A DNA stretch of 64,000 nucleotides from Balanoglossus misakiensis (lineage: Eukaryota > Animalia > Hemichordata): assembly GCA_040954595.2 (NCBI GenBank), contig CM082598.2, forward strand, positions 4,789,097 to 4,853,096. Reading direction: 5' to 3'. The position numbers and the translations under genes were made by a program. The notes beneath the pieces are model-generated. The model worked only from the letters and a program-made list of their open reading frames with translations. It was not told the DNA's origin and did not search any database. Of the stretch, positions 11,801 to 23,800 are shown in pieces. Positions within the stretch are counted from its first letter, which is position 1; each line of letters begins with the position of its first letter.

Positions 11801-14800
11801 CTTCATTATTTTTTATTTTGGTTAATTTCTCTTGTTTTTGCCTGAAGTGACATTATCCCCCAGATGTTCTTTGGCCAGGATGCTATGGTTCGACTTTCGA
11901 CCTTTTGACCTGTGAACTTTGATAATCAGTTTGGCTATTTACATCGATTTTTTGACCGTTCAGAACGTTGAGAAAGAAGTCTAGAAACTCGGTTAAACAA
12001 AGAGACTGGAATGGGAAAAACACCTGGTGAAATTGCATCCAAGTTGAATCACACATCAAACAATTTTTTTTTTTAATCAGAGTCGACAGAAAAATCTCCC
12101 CGTAAAATACGATGTCACACTTGACCTGACCCCCATGATGTCACTTCCTGTATCTGAAGCACCGAGCATGATGGGCAGGGTGGTGGGCGGCGCTACGCGA
12201 CTGTGTCAACTAGGCTCCGTCGTTCCTTTTTTTTCGCCTGAACCGATATTTGCATAAAAATCCAGGAAAAAATAATAAATACTGTAAAAGTGCCTCTTTT
12301 CTTGAAACCGCCCACCACTCTTACCCATCACGCTCGCTAAAATTTATAAAAAAAACTTGCAAGCTCTGTCGAGCACAGCGATTTGCGCTGCCATGACAAC
12401 CGGGTCCAGTATCACGCCCTCGTGTCGTCATGCCAACCGGGTCAAGTGTCACACCCCTTTCCCCTGATATGATCAAAATCAAACAACACAACTACTACAA
12501 GCAATCAAGATGCGGCTTTACTTTCAAATTTTCGCCGATCTTCTTATTTTCTCTCGTGTTTCATTTTTTTTTTCTTTAAATCAAGTCCAGCAGAAAGTAA
12601 GGGCACAGCAGTTCCCGGTTACACCACAACTTTTTATTCCCTGCCGTTAGTACAGTCAAACCTGTCTATAGTGGCCAGTCAAGGGACTGTCCTGAACTGG
12701 CCTTTATAGACAGGGTGGCCTTTATAGACAGGTCAAATTAATGTACATGTCAATTGCACTGGGATTGTAACAAAGTGGCCACTATACAGAGGTGGCCACT
12801 AACACAGGTTTGACTGTATGCAACAGGTAGACCGGCAAGGGGGATGGAAATTAGCATCAGGCGAGCCAGCACCCTCCAAAAAAAATTGCAGAGTTTTGTA
12901 CGTGTGTGTGTGTGTGTGTGCGTGTACGGGAACGCTCCGATCTGCCTTATACTTTCTGTTGAGTTAAGAAAAGAAAAGTGCGAGTCTGTTTTCGCTTTTT
13001 TTTAATTTTTTCCCCCAGCCAGGAAGCTAGTAACGCCTAGTGTACGAAGACGAGGGCGTGTACGAGCTGGATGGCCTATACGAACTAGTGGTGCTAGATC
13101 TACCGCTGCCGTACGTGGAAGAGGTGCTCGACGGTCGACTGTAACTAGACGTAGACGAGGGCCGACTGTAACTAGAGGTAGTGGTGGTAGTACTAGAGCG
13201 GGGCGTGTAGCCGCTAGAAGAACGGGGCGTATAGCCGCTTGTCATGCTCACCTCATTGTCGTCGGTTCGTCGGGAGCGTCGGGTGTAGCCAGTGGTTTCT
13301 TTGGTGTCTGCAGTTTTGTTGTCCTGTAAGGGAAAGAGAAACAGACAGAGAGTGATGTATGGTGCCAGTATCAGAATCATCCATTATTTTTGGCTGAAGT
13401 GCTACAGGGAATACAGTAAAATTTTTGCAAACACTACATTTTTGCAAACCGCGCGAGAGCCAACAACGCAAAAATAAAACGTCGCATAAAATATGTTTTT
13501 CAAAGATAATAATGCAGTATGCAACATCATTGTTGGCTGCAGTGCTACCAGGAATACTGTAAAACACGAACGATAAATTTTTGCAAACTACGTCAGAGCC
13601 AAAACAACGCGAAAATAAAACGTCGCATAAAAACGTTTTTCAAAGATAATGATGCAGTGAATCATGAGAATGGGAAAATTAATCGTCGAGTGATGTATGG
13701 TGCCAGTATGCAACATCATTGTTGGCTACAGTGCTACCAGGAATACTGTAAAACTGGACATTTTTGCAAACGCTAAATTTTTGCAAACTGCGAGAGAGCC
13801 AACAACGCAAAAATAAAACGTCGCATAAAAAATGTTTTTCAAAGATAATAATTCAGTATGCAACATCATTGTTGGCAGCAGTGCTACCAGGAATACTGTA
13901 AAACTGGAATTTTTTTGCAAACGCTAGATTTTTGCAAACCACGCAAGAGCCAACAACGCAAAAATAAAATGTCGCATAAAAAATGTTTTTCAAAGATAAT
14001 AATGCAGTATGCAACATCATTGTTGGCTGCAGTGCTACCAGGAATACTGTAAAACTGGACATTTTTGCAAACGCTAAATTTTTGCAAACTGCGCGAGAGC
14101 CAAAAACGCAAAAATAAAACGTCGCATAAAAATGTTTTTTTTTCAGAGATAATGATGCAGTGAATAATGAGAATGGGAAAATTAGTCGCCGAGTAACAGT
14201 TGCTAGCATTTACAATATTGATGTTCACCAAACTCATGCAAAGCACACATCTGTCAAATGTACAAGGATAAAGTGTAAATCCAGAAAATGCAATTTGACA
14301 TGAACTTGAATTGTCTTCAGAAAAAATGACACACTATACCGCGCACAATCAGAAGCACATGACTATTCTTTGCTGATGTCATTATCAAAGACATTAAAAT
14401 CTCATTTCATCAGACAGCTTCAAGCTTGCATAATTTGTACAATGTATGTGTGTTCAATCATACAGAAAAAATATAAATATTCATGTTATATTTGCATCTA
14501 CTTAAATATGCAAAAAAGAAACAGCAAAGATATTTACATATGCAAAACATGGTGCGTTAAAATATGAATAATCCTACTGTGACCAGTATTGTGATTCATA
14601 TGAATAGCAAAAACAACATAAAATTGGCAAATAATGTTTTTATTCCTGATTGAGCGTACAAAATAACCTGCAATATGAATAATTTTTATTAATAGACACT
14701 GGAGGCCTACAGCCTACCTTTTCGGGTTTTCCCACCAGTATTTCCGCGCTTTCAATATCCTCCTGAGTCACACCCTAAAATGAACACGAAAACCAAAAGA

Positions 14801-17800
14801 AATTGGCATGCAAATTGGCAAAAAATTGCTACGTCTAAAACGATGATACTGTAAAACACTTCATTTTCGCGAGCAATAAATTTTTCGCGAAATACGCGAG
14901 AGCCAAAATAGCGTGAAAATAAAAAGTCGCGTAATTTTTTTTTGAAGATAACGATGCAGTGAATGAGATAAGAGAACGCGAAAATTAATACTCGTGAAAC
15001 AGTGGCCTCTTGCGATATCGCGAAAATTTCAACTCGCGAAAATAAAGTGTTTTACAGTACTTTGTCAGGCACCGATAACATTCTTCACCTTCTTGTCCAT
15101 ATTGGATAATTTTCACCATGTGCAGGAGTGCTATTATGTCAGAATTTTATTAAAGTGAAAATGTTTATTTTTTCCTGTGAAGGATAGGACACGAATCACC
15201 TGTTTCCAGAAAAACGAACTGTAGTGAAATCAGATATTGCAAAATTCTCCATTTTAAAATAATATAGGACGTGCCATTTCCTTTAATTTTTTTTAGGATT
15301 CTGCATCAGTAAAAAAATACCTAACTGTAGAATTATAACTGGTTGTATATTTAGTAAACATTACAATATTTTTCAAGCATTTTATTTACATCTGTAAGTA
15401 TAGATCATTTTAAGGAAAACATACTGCAATTGGTTATTGTGTTAATAATGGTCAATCATTTTCATTTGTAAATGAATCAGCTGTTTATGTTGGTATTTTC
15501 TGACAGGCGGTTCCGTTGACTATTTTAATTGTTTTCCATATTGTCATTTTTGTGGGATAAGGCCCTTTCCCTCCTATATATCATGGGAATTCAATCCATC
15601 TGGACAGAAGTACATATATGCAGTGGTTAACAATGTATTTTCAACATCTATACATTTGCTACCAGGTGCACTAGTGCAGATACAGAGATCTGTAGTCTAT
15701 GATGTTACAAAAATCGCCATATAGTAAATAAGAAGACAAAAGAAAAAGAAAAGAAAAAAGCATTCATGAAAGCATGTGAAGACAGTTTTTAATCCTGCAC
15801 AAAGGCCTAAGCTACTTCAGTGAGGTTAGACCTATGCACAGTTACGAATGAGGTGAACAGACAGTGGGTATAACTTCTCACAAAATTTCCATACTTCGTT
15901 CTGTATATCAGCAAGGTTATTTGCTATAGTTCTTGTGGATTTTGAATAAAGAGTATTTTGTATCTGCACTTCACTGAATTTGAATGACGGCTCAAATTCA
16001 GCTGAAGCCAAACAGATTAATTAGAATACCATGTACGTTTTGTCAAGCCAAATATCAAGTGTAATAATACGATTTCTAGGCAATAAAGTGTGGTCGACAC
16101 CCCCCCCCTCCCCCTTGAAGTTATAACCACTCTCCCTTCAATGCTGACATTACTGTGCTAAAGTACATGTATGAACAGTTGCGAAATGGGTTAAGGTGAC
16201 AGTGAAATAATAATGAGGGGGGGGGGGGGGGTTGCAACGAGTCATGCCAGCAACAGAAAATGACATGGAAAGTAAAATAAAATACGATTAGAGTTTGCTG
16301 AGGGGCTAAAGAATGACAGAGAGACTGACAGAGACAGACTGTGTGGAGTGAAAAAAGCTGAAAGTAAAAGTGTCGGCCATGCAAAAGATGAGATGTGGCA
16401 GTGTTTTTTTTTTTTTTGATGCAGGATTCGAGGCATGGTCCGTGTGGGTGACCGTGGCGACCGCTCACCTGTGTTGATCTTCGAGTGGCGCGTTCTCGTC
16501 GAGCCCTCGAACGGCGCTGCGTTTCGGACTCTGTGTCCTCTGTGGTTGGGGTCATGTATTGTGGCCTGTGTGGGAGTGCAAGTTACAAGTAAAACTCCTT
16601 GTTAGTCTCACACACGCTGAACCAGTTCAGTCAGTCAGTACAACATCGGGCAGAATATCCCAGTAGACCGTTTTCTGAACTCCACGAGATTTCGCGCTGA
16701 TATGCAATTTATAAGTGGGACATTCTCATGTCTCACACGCTGAAACCAGCTCGGCTGAGTTCAGTCAGTCAGTAGTGCCATCTGGCGGAATATCGCAATA
16801 GACCGTTTTCTGAACTCAACGAGATTTCGCGTTGATACGCAATTTATATGTGGGACACAGGACAAACAACACATCATGTTAAACCGCGCAAAAGTTACAA
16901 TTTTTGTTAAACTCAGCACCTATTCGAGTTTCATACAAAGCCAGACATGTATTACTAGTACTTGGCTGGCCACATGTCGCTACGGTAGTTAACCAAGTCT
17001 CGCGAGATCTCGCAGTGAGCAGAAAATAGTCTTTTAGGATTTAAACCAACAGAGAAGGGTTCAACATTGCAGAATGATACCTGCGGCCAATACAGGCTGG
17101 TTAGATTGGCAAAAATCCCTACATAGTGGGAACCGACTCGCAAATATGGTAGAAGTCTGCCCAGAAATGTTTTCGGTGTGGGCAGCATATCTGGTACATA
17201 GAGAAAGCTAAGATTTGCCATAGGCTATGTACACCTATAATTCAATGGCTTGCCTGAATCAAAAAAACTATATTAGAAATTGGCATCGATTTTTGTTGAA
17301 TTCAGTGAAACCATCAAAAATGCAATATCTTTGTTTCCAATCTGCCTACGTTCACCTGGGTTCACGTTTTCGCCGTTAAAAGGTTATACACACAATTTCA
17401 ATGACCCACACAGTTAAGAAACTGAATGTAACTTAATGTGCAGAACACCTGTGATTTCACTGCAAACCACACTGCATGCCCGTGACAATCGAAAAAAGAA
17501 AAATCACAGCCAATACACACCAGCGGTTCAAAAATGGCTGAAAAAAACAAAACGAATCTTTCCAAATCATGTCCAACTACAAAAACTTTGCCGGCGGTTC
17601 CAACTGAACTCTTGGACATGATGAACGAGATCAGCTTCAGCAAAATGTCACCATACTCCAAGGACTGAAAGATCGTTACAGAACGGGAATGTGGAGCAGA
17701 ACTACTCACTCTTTTCGAAAACACTCAACACATTACACCTTCCTGGTGCCTTGTTCGCATCTGAACATGCTTCTTCCATTTGACTCTGTTGTACGTATTT

Positions 17801-20800
17801 TTTTTTAATTCTTTACCCTCTGCATTCTTTGAACACCTGATTACGTCAATAATTTTACTATTGTGGATGGGTATGATAGAATTTTCCATTCCACGCCCTT
17901 AATGTCCGAAACACACCCACGTACAGTGGCTTTGCAACTCTGGATCAAGGACAACTGCATCATGACCAGTGGATTGGAGATAGTGGGAATCAAGTTCACA
18001 GAAACTGGAAAATTTCCCTGGCTTGTTTCGATTCACTCCGTTACTAGAACATCTTATACACTCACAATGAAAATCCCAAACAGCAAAACGTGTGACATCT
18101 TAAGTGCAATTCAGAAATCATTTTTTTCGGACGTAAACGTTCTCCTGCCTAAATTCATTCAAATCATTAGTACCTTCTAATAGTCACAGAGGTCACATCA
18201 TAGTTTCGCGTGTCTTTGTCTGTTAGCCTTGTTCTATCCCTCTCCGCTAGTCTCTCCTTTTCTTTCTCTCTTTGCTTTTCTTTTTCCTTTTCTTTTTCTT
18301 TCTCTCTTTCCTTCTCTCTCTCCCTCTCCCTCTCCTTCTCTCTCTCCCTTTCCATGTCCGCCCATCGTCTCCTGGTATAACTGTTTGTAGATACAACCCT
18401 ATGCAACGGTTAGTCAACAACACGGCTCATACATAACATGCTTTATAGAAGGACAGTATATAAAGCCAGGCTGTCACACAGTCACAATATCATTTCCATC
18501 ATGATAATATTTCAAATAGCCTTGGCCATTTCATCGCGATGAAATATTTCACCATAAACTCATAAGGAATGGTATCTTAGGAATTGGTATGTCGAGAATT
18601 ATCAGCAATTTTAGGAAGGAAATGAATTTTTGATTAATGATTTTTTCTGTTGCGTATGTTCAAAACAAATGTGGTCAAGTGGTATTTTAGTTCCCTTAAT
18701 TTAAATTTATTTAAAATAGATTTTACAACTCAAATTTTCTTAAGTGAAAGATCATCTTTAGAAAAATCTAACCCTGCATAATTTTCCTATTTTGTCTGCG
18801 AATCATATTTGTTCACATAGTTACACAAATGCATAGGATCTTTAACAGTCAGTGAAAATTACCAGAATGTCACAAAATCAAAGTTTTTAATACATTAGAC
18901 TAGAAAGATTCTTTGGGAATGAAATGAGGACATAATTAAGCAGACTATTTATTCAAATGTGACATTCTACACCAGGCAGAAAGGGAAAAACAAAACGTAA
19001 AAAGACTAACTTTATATATGTGTTTAATATACATATCAGGAATTTATTTATTCAGGAATTTATTTATTCAGGATTTTATTTATTCACTATCTGATTTCTA
19101 AGATTATAAAGAGCAAGATCTAATTTTCTATGCATCAAACATACTATCTTGCAATTTGTAGAGGCATATGGAAGGAGCAAAGTCTGTAGAATTTCTATAT
19201 AACATGCATGCAGCATTGCTAAGTATGAGGCATGGTTTTCTGCATTTCAACTACAATTTGCATACCATTTGCATACGCAGAAGCCAACATGCAAAGCACT
19301 ATGGGACAGGGATGACACTGCACATTCTATGAGAGCGCGGAACGTTGATTCTAACCTTCCACCCCTTCAATACAGCCAAATGGTATATTCCAGCATTCAA
19401 AGAAGAGGAGCGCGAGAATCTCGAATACACTACGGGTCATGGAAACGTTTTTAAACACCCTTAAAAACTCTCCATCTTTTACATATTTGAGCTGCCTGGC
19501 TGCGAAAAGGTTTACATCCCCATGCAGAATTTCCACAAAACCTAGCGTCCAAAACATATCATCAGCAACTGAGCAGATTCCCAAGACCAAGAAACTACAC
19601 CACCGACTTCAACCCATCACCCCTTAAAACATCACAACACATGGTATCCTCTTGGCTTCTCAACAGTCGGGCAGACCGAACCATGGCAACTGAGGGGTGG
19701 ACAGGTTCGCTGTGACTACACATGGGTCAGAAAGCACGCTGAAAGATTTTCTAAAGCTGCGTGTGTACGTGCCGGTATATTCATGCAAATTGCCCAATGA
19801 GAAAGGTACTCCAGACCAAACATTGAAAGTTCAACAAACACAACCAAAATGGCTGGAACCAGATATTGCTTTTTTTCCCACACAGAAGGAATCTAGTAGC
19901 AGTCTATTGTAGGGAGGCTTGCCAATGGTACAGAAGCTACTACTATGAAGCAAACTATGGTTTATATGCAGTACAACATACACATGATCATGCAATACAG
20001 AAACAGGGTTCAAATGCTCACAAAGAACTTAAATTCAAGAAATTTTGAGTTCAAGAGTGTTTCAGTAAAGGAATGTGGAAGGTGACAGCTGCCTTTCCAT
20101 GACTGACTGTATCATAATTGAAAATGATTATAGTCCAAATCTGATATAAAATAATTTCTCAATACAAATGAAATGCTGTGGAAGTCAGATATTGATCATT
20201 CTTTGATGAGTCATGGATGACATACACCACATTTGTATCTTCAATGAGCATAAGAACCCTGGAAAGTTTCCTCCTAACCCTTCCACCACCATGGTTTGGT
20301 CCAAATCCATTGTTTTCTATGGTGAATTTGGACCTCCTCAAAGGGAAATGGGGGTGGAAGGGTTCATTGAACCTTTCGTAACAATTCAGTTCATGTCTCA
20401 TGCTTTTTAAAAGCATAAAAGAATGATTTCAAATTATTTCAAAAGGGAAAAAGTTAAGAAAGGTTCGAGGAAAGTTTAGAAAGATAAACTCTAAAGCTAT
20501 GCAAAGCAACTTCATGCATCTTTGCTCCATATAAACTTTCATTACTTTAAGAAATTTCTAACTTAATAATTTTTTTACAAATTTTATATTTTTGAATCTC
20601 CAAGTTCTTGTAAATGCTAAAATCTTTTATTTTCTGCATCAGAGGATTTTAGTTTTGACATAGAAGTATAAACAAACTTTTTTCAATTTGGAATAAAATG
20701 ACCAAGACAATATTCGTAAATATTATTCATGCGGGTAAAATAAAAGGAAAACACAATTATCAAATTACAAAAGGAATTGCTGTTTTTGTTTGGCTTTGTT

Positions 20801-23800
20801 TTTGTTTTGCAATAAATAGTTATTTGTCTTGTAGAATCGAGTAAGCATAAATTGAACACGCAAGACAAAATCTGTAAGCTTCATGTTACAATATTTCATA
20901 TAACGCATGCAGTCAGTTGTGCAGAAAAAAACCTTAACAGTTAAAAATCTTACATCCTGTCAAATTTGAGATCTTATTCTGTATCGTCTCTGAAGAAAGC
21001 GAAATTTTCATGTTCTGATGTACATGTACCTTTGGCATATACAATGGTAGCGTCGATCGATAGAAAGTGGACCACAACACTCTCTGATGGGGGAGTGTCG
21101 CATCCAGTGATATCAGCCTTCCCTGTAAAGGAATAGTGGAGGGGTAAAAAAGAAAACGCAGGCGACCTACCTAGAGTCAGCATCCGACGAGCGACCTAGT
21201 CTATCCTCCGGCTGTTGAGATGGAAGAAATGGAGAATTAACCACTAGGGGATTACACACACCACCATCTCGCTGGTGGTTTTCAGGTAAGGTCTGGTGGT
21301 TTTCAGGCTTAAAAAAGTCATAGTTAGGAAAGAGTCGAGAGTTTTAAGTTAAGATGTTGGGGAGAAGAGAAAAAAATAAAGAGAAAAGATGAGATTAAAC
21401 ATGCTTTGGTAACGATAACGAGATGAGGGTTGCTTTGTTAAGGTGTTTAACGTGACTAGACTGGCTTTTTATTTTTCCGATCAGCATTCGTCCGTGCGTG
21501 CGTTTCCCTCCTTCCTTCGTTCCTTTCCGTCTCACCTTTTTACTCTCCTCAGTGCCGGGCATTTGAGGGCTGGAAGCGGAGCGCGGCAGCTTCTCCTCGT
21601 TCCTCCGTGTCTCCGGCACAGCGCTGGAGCTACCTGTCTTACGCAGGCCCTGTCGCCATGCCGGCTGCTCGTCTTTTTTCTCCGAGTCCTGCTTTTGCAG
21701 CGGCTTGGGGGTGAAACTTGGCGCCTTTGAAATATTCAAGATTAATGTTTAACCGGTTAAAGTATTAAGAAATAAAATAAAAAATAAGCCGATTAGTTCT
21801 GCACTTTTAAAATCTGTAATTTAAAAAAAAAAATAATAATAAATAAATAAATGAAACAGCCACTGTGTCGGTTGCTTGGAGGTTTTATAAATTAAAATCT
21901 ATTTGGCTTTGTGAGTGCCCAGCCAAGACCAGCAAGTGCACACACCAAGAAATCCGAAAGTTAACGCACGCAAGATGATGTGTGCTGTAATGATGGATGC
22001 TTGCTTGGCTGCCATGGTAGCGTGTCGTTTACCCACCAACTGCTACGTCTTTTAACCCTTTCACCGCCATGGTTTGGTCCAAATCCATTGTAAGGTTGGA
22101 CCGATACACACTGACATGGGGGTGAAAGGGTTAGAAGCACTCGGCATTCTGGCAGGTTTTTCGCGTGCCGTGATCGGGCGTCGTGTGCGCTGTGGATGTG
22201 ATGATGCTACCACGGGTCGGACGATGGGGTAGAGGTACATCGCACTATACGTGATCCAGTCCTGGTGGTGACCATTTACTGCCACGAAAACGCTGCTTCT
22301 GGTCCACCACACAAATTACTGTACTTTCATGTGGTGACCAGATGGACCAGTCCACTCGACATTAGGGGGGTGTAGACTAGCGACTACACTTACCTCTTTC
22401 TTGGCTGGGGTAGTCGGTGTAGGAGGTGGCTTGTTGGCTTTTGTGTCGACTTTGGGCTTTTCGTCTTCCGAGCTCTCGTCCTCGCTGCTGGAACTGTCCG
22501 ATTCGTCGTATTTTTTAACCTGGAACAAGTTGATGTGGATGGCGTGAGGGGGGGTTGGCCAGTTTGCTGTCAACCAGGCAAGACACGGGGGGAAAAGCTG
22601 AAGTTTTTAACTGAAAAAGCCATGAACACTGGTTGATGATCTGGGCAGCACGGTCCGATTTGCAAATTTGTTAACTTAATTTCAGATGGAGGGATTTGAT
22701 TCCAAACTGCATGAAAGCTATGTGGTTTATTTTAGATAGCGCATGAGATGGACCCTGATATACAGGAACCCCCTCCCCTGTACAATGGAACAGTCCATTT
22801 CCTATAGGCGAGACAGTTTCATTCCCTGGCTTTAGGGGGTTCTGATCGAGGCCAATTTGTCAAGTTATTCATCAACGTTTTCCTTGATGTACCGAACCCC
22901 GGGGACGTTTGTCCCACCTTTGACTGAGAAAATGACAGTGCAGTGGGGAGAAGGCTGGTTTCTGGATGCTGCGAGATAGAGAGAGAGAGTGCATTTTTTC
23001 ATTGCCCAACCTTAACCTTTGCAGAGAGACAAAAATTAAAAAGACACAGAAGAAAGAAGAAGAGAGAGAATCGATAGACAGCGCAGAGTGCATGTTCCAC
23101 CATGGCCTGTAGAAGAGAATAGTTTCGAGCCACAGACAAAAATAAAAACTTGCAAACCGAAAGCTACAATGTGCATTACAGAAATGTACCAATAATAATA
23201 ATAAAAATATGTTAGTTAAGGAGAAATCGTAAAAAAAAAGCATGTAAATTAACGACAAAAACAAAACGTGCAAGCAGATATGATGCGGTTAACATGCAGT
23301 ACAATAACAACATCCAGTGGAGGCCATCCCCGTAACCAGTGCTACGGACCAGAGTTCATAAAAGGCGGGTCATACCACTGATCTGCCGCAGGGGTGGTAT
23401 GCACCTATTAGCTGGTTGTGCCCACTTTTGGAGAGAAATATGTCAATATTAGCGATTTCGCGCAGCTGCTTATGAAAGAAACAGGAGCGCGTGACACAAG
23501 CCCCAAGTCTTGCAAAGTTGACATGGCATGAAAAAATATCCACCCCGAAAAAAATATCTCTGTAACCAACTCACAAAAATCATACTACGAACCATCAAAA
23601 TTGTGGCTTTCTATCTTTTGAAGGAAAAAAAATGCCAAATGTAGTCTAACAATGGAAAAGGGGTGATGCAATGCATGTTCGAACTGAACACTTTTGTGAT
23701 TAACATTTTTGCATAAATTATGCAAATCTCCCCGAGCCTTGTTAGACAAACATTTTCGTACACAAAATACGTGAAATAATCACTAAAATTGATAAATAAC

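Noticed and set aside
17400-18170. Possible decayed plus-strand coding fragment (LPAVPTELLDM, vaguely F-box-like)
   Set aside because: Short, interrupted by stops, no second motif; needs blastx to be supportable.
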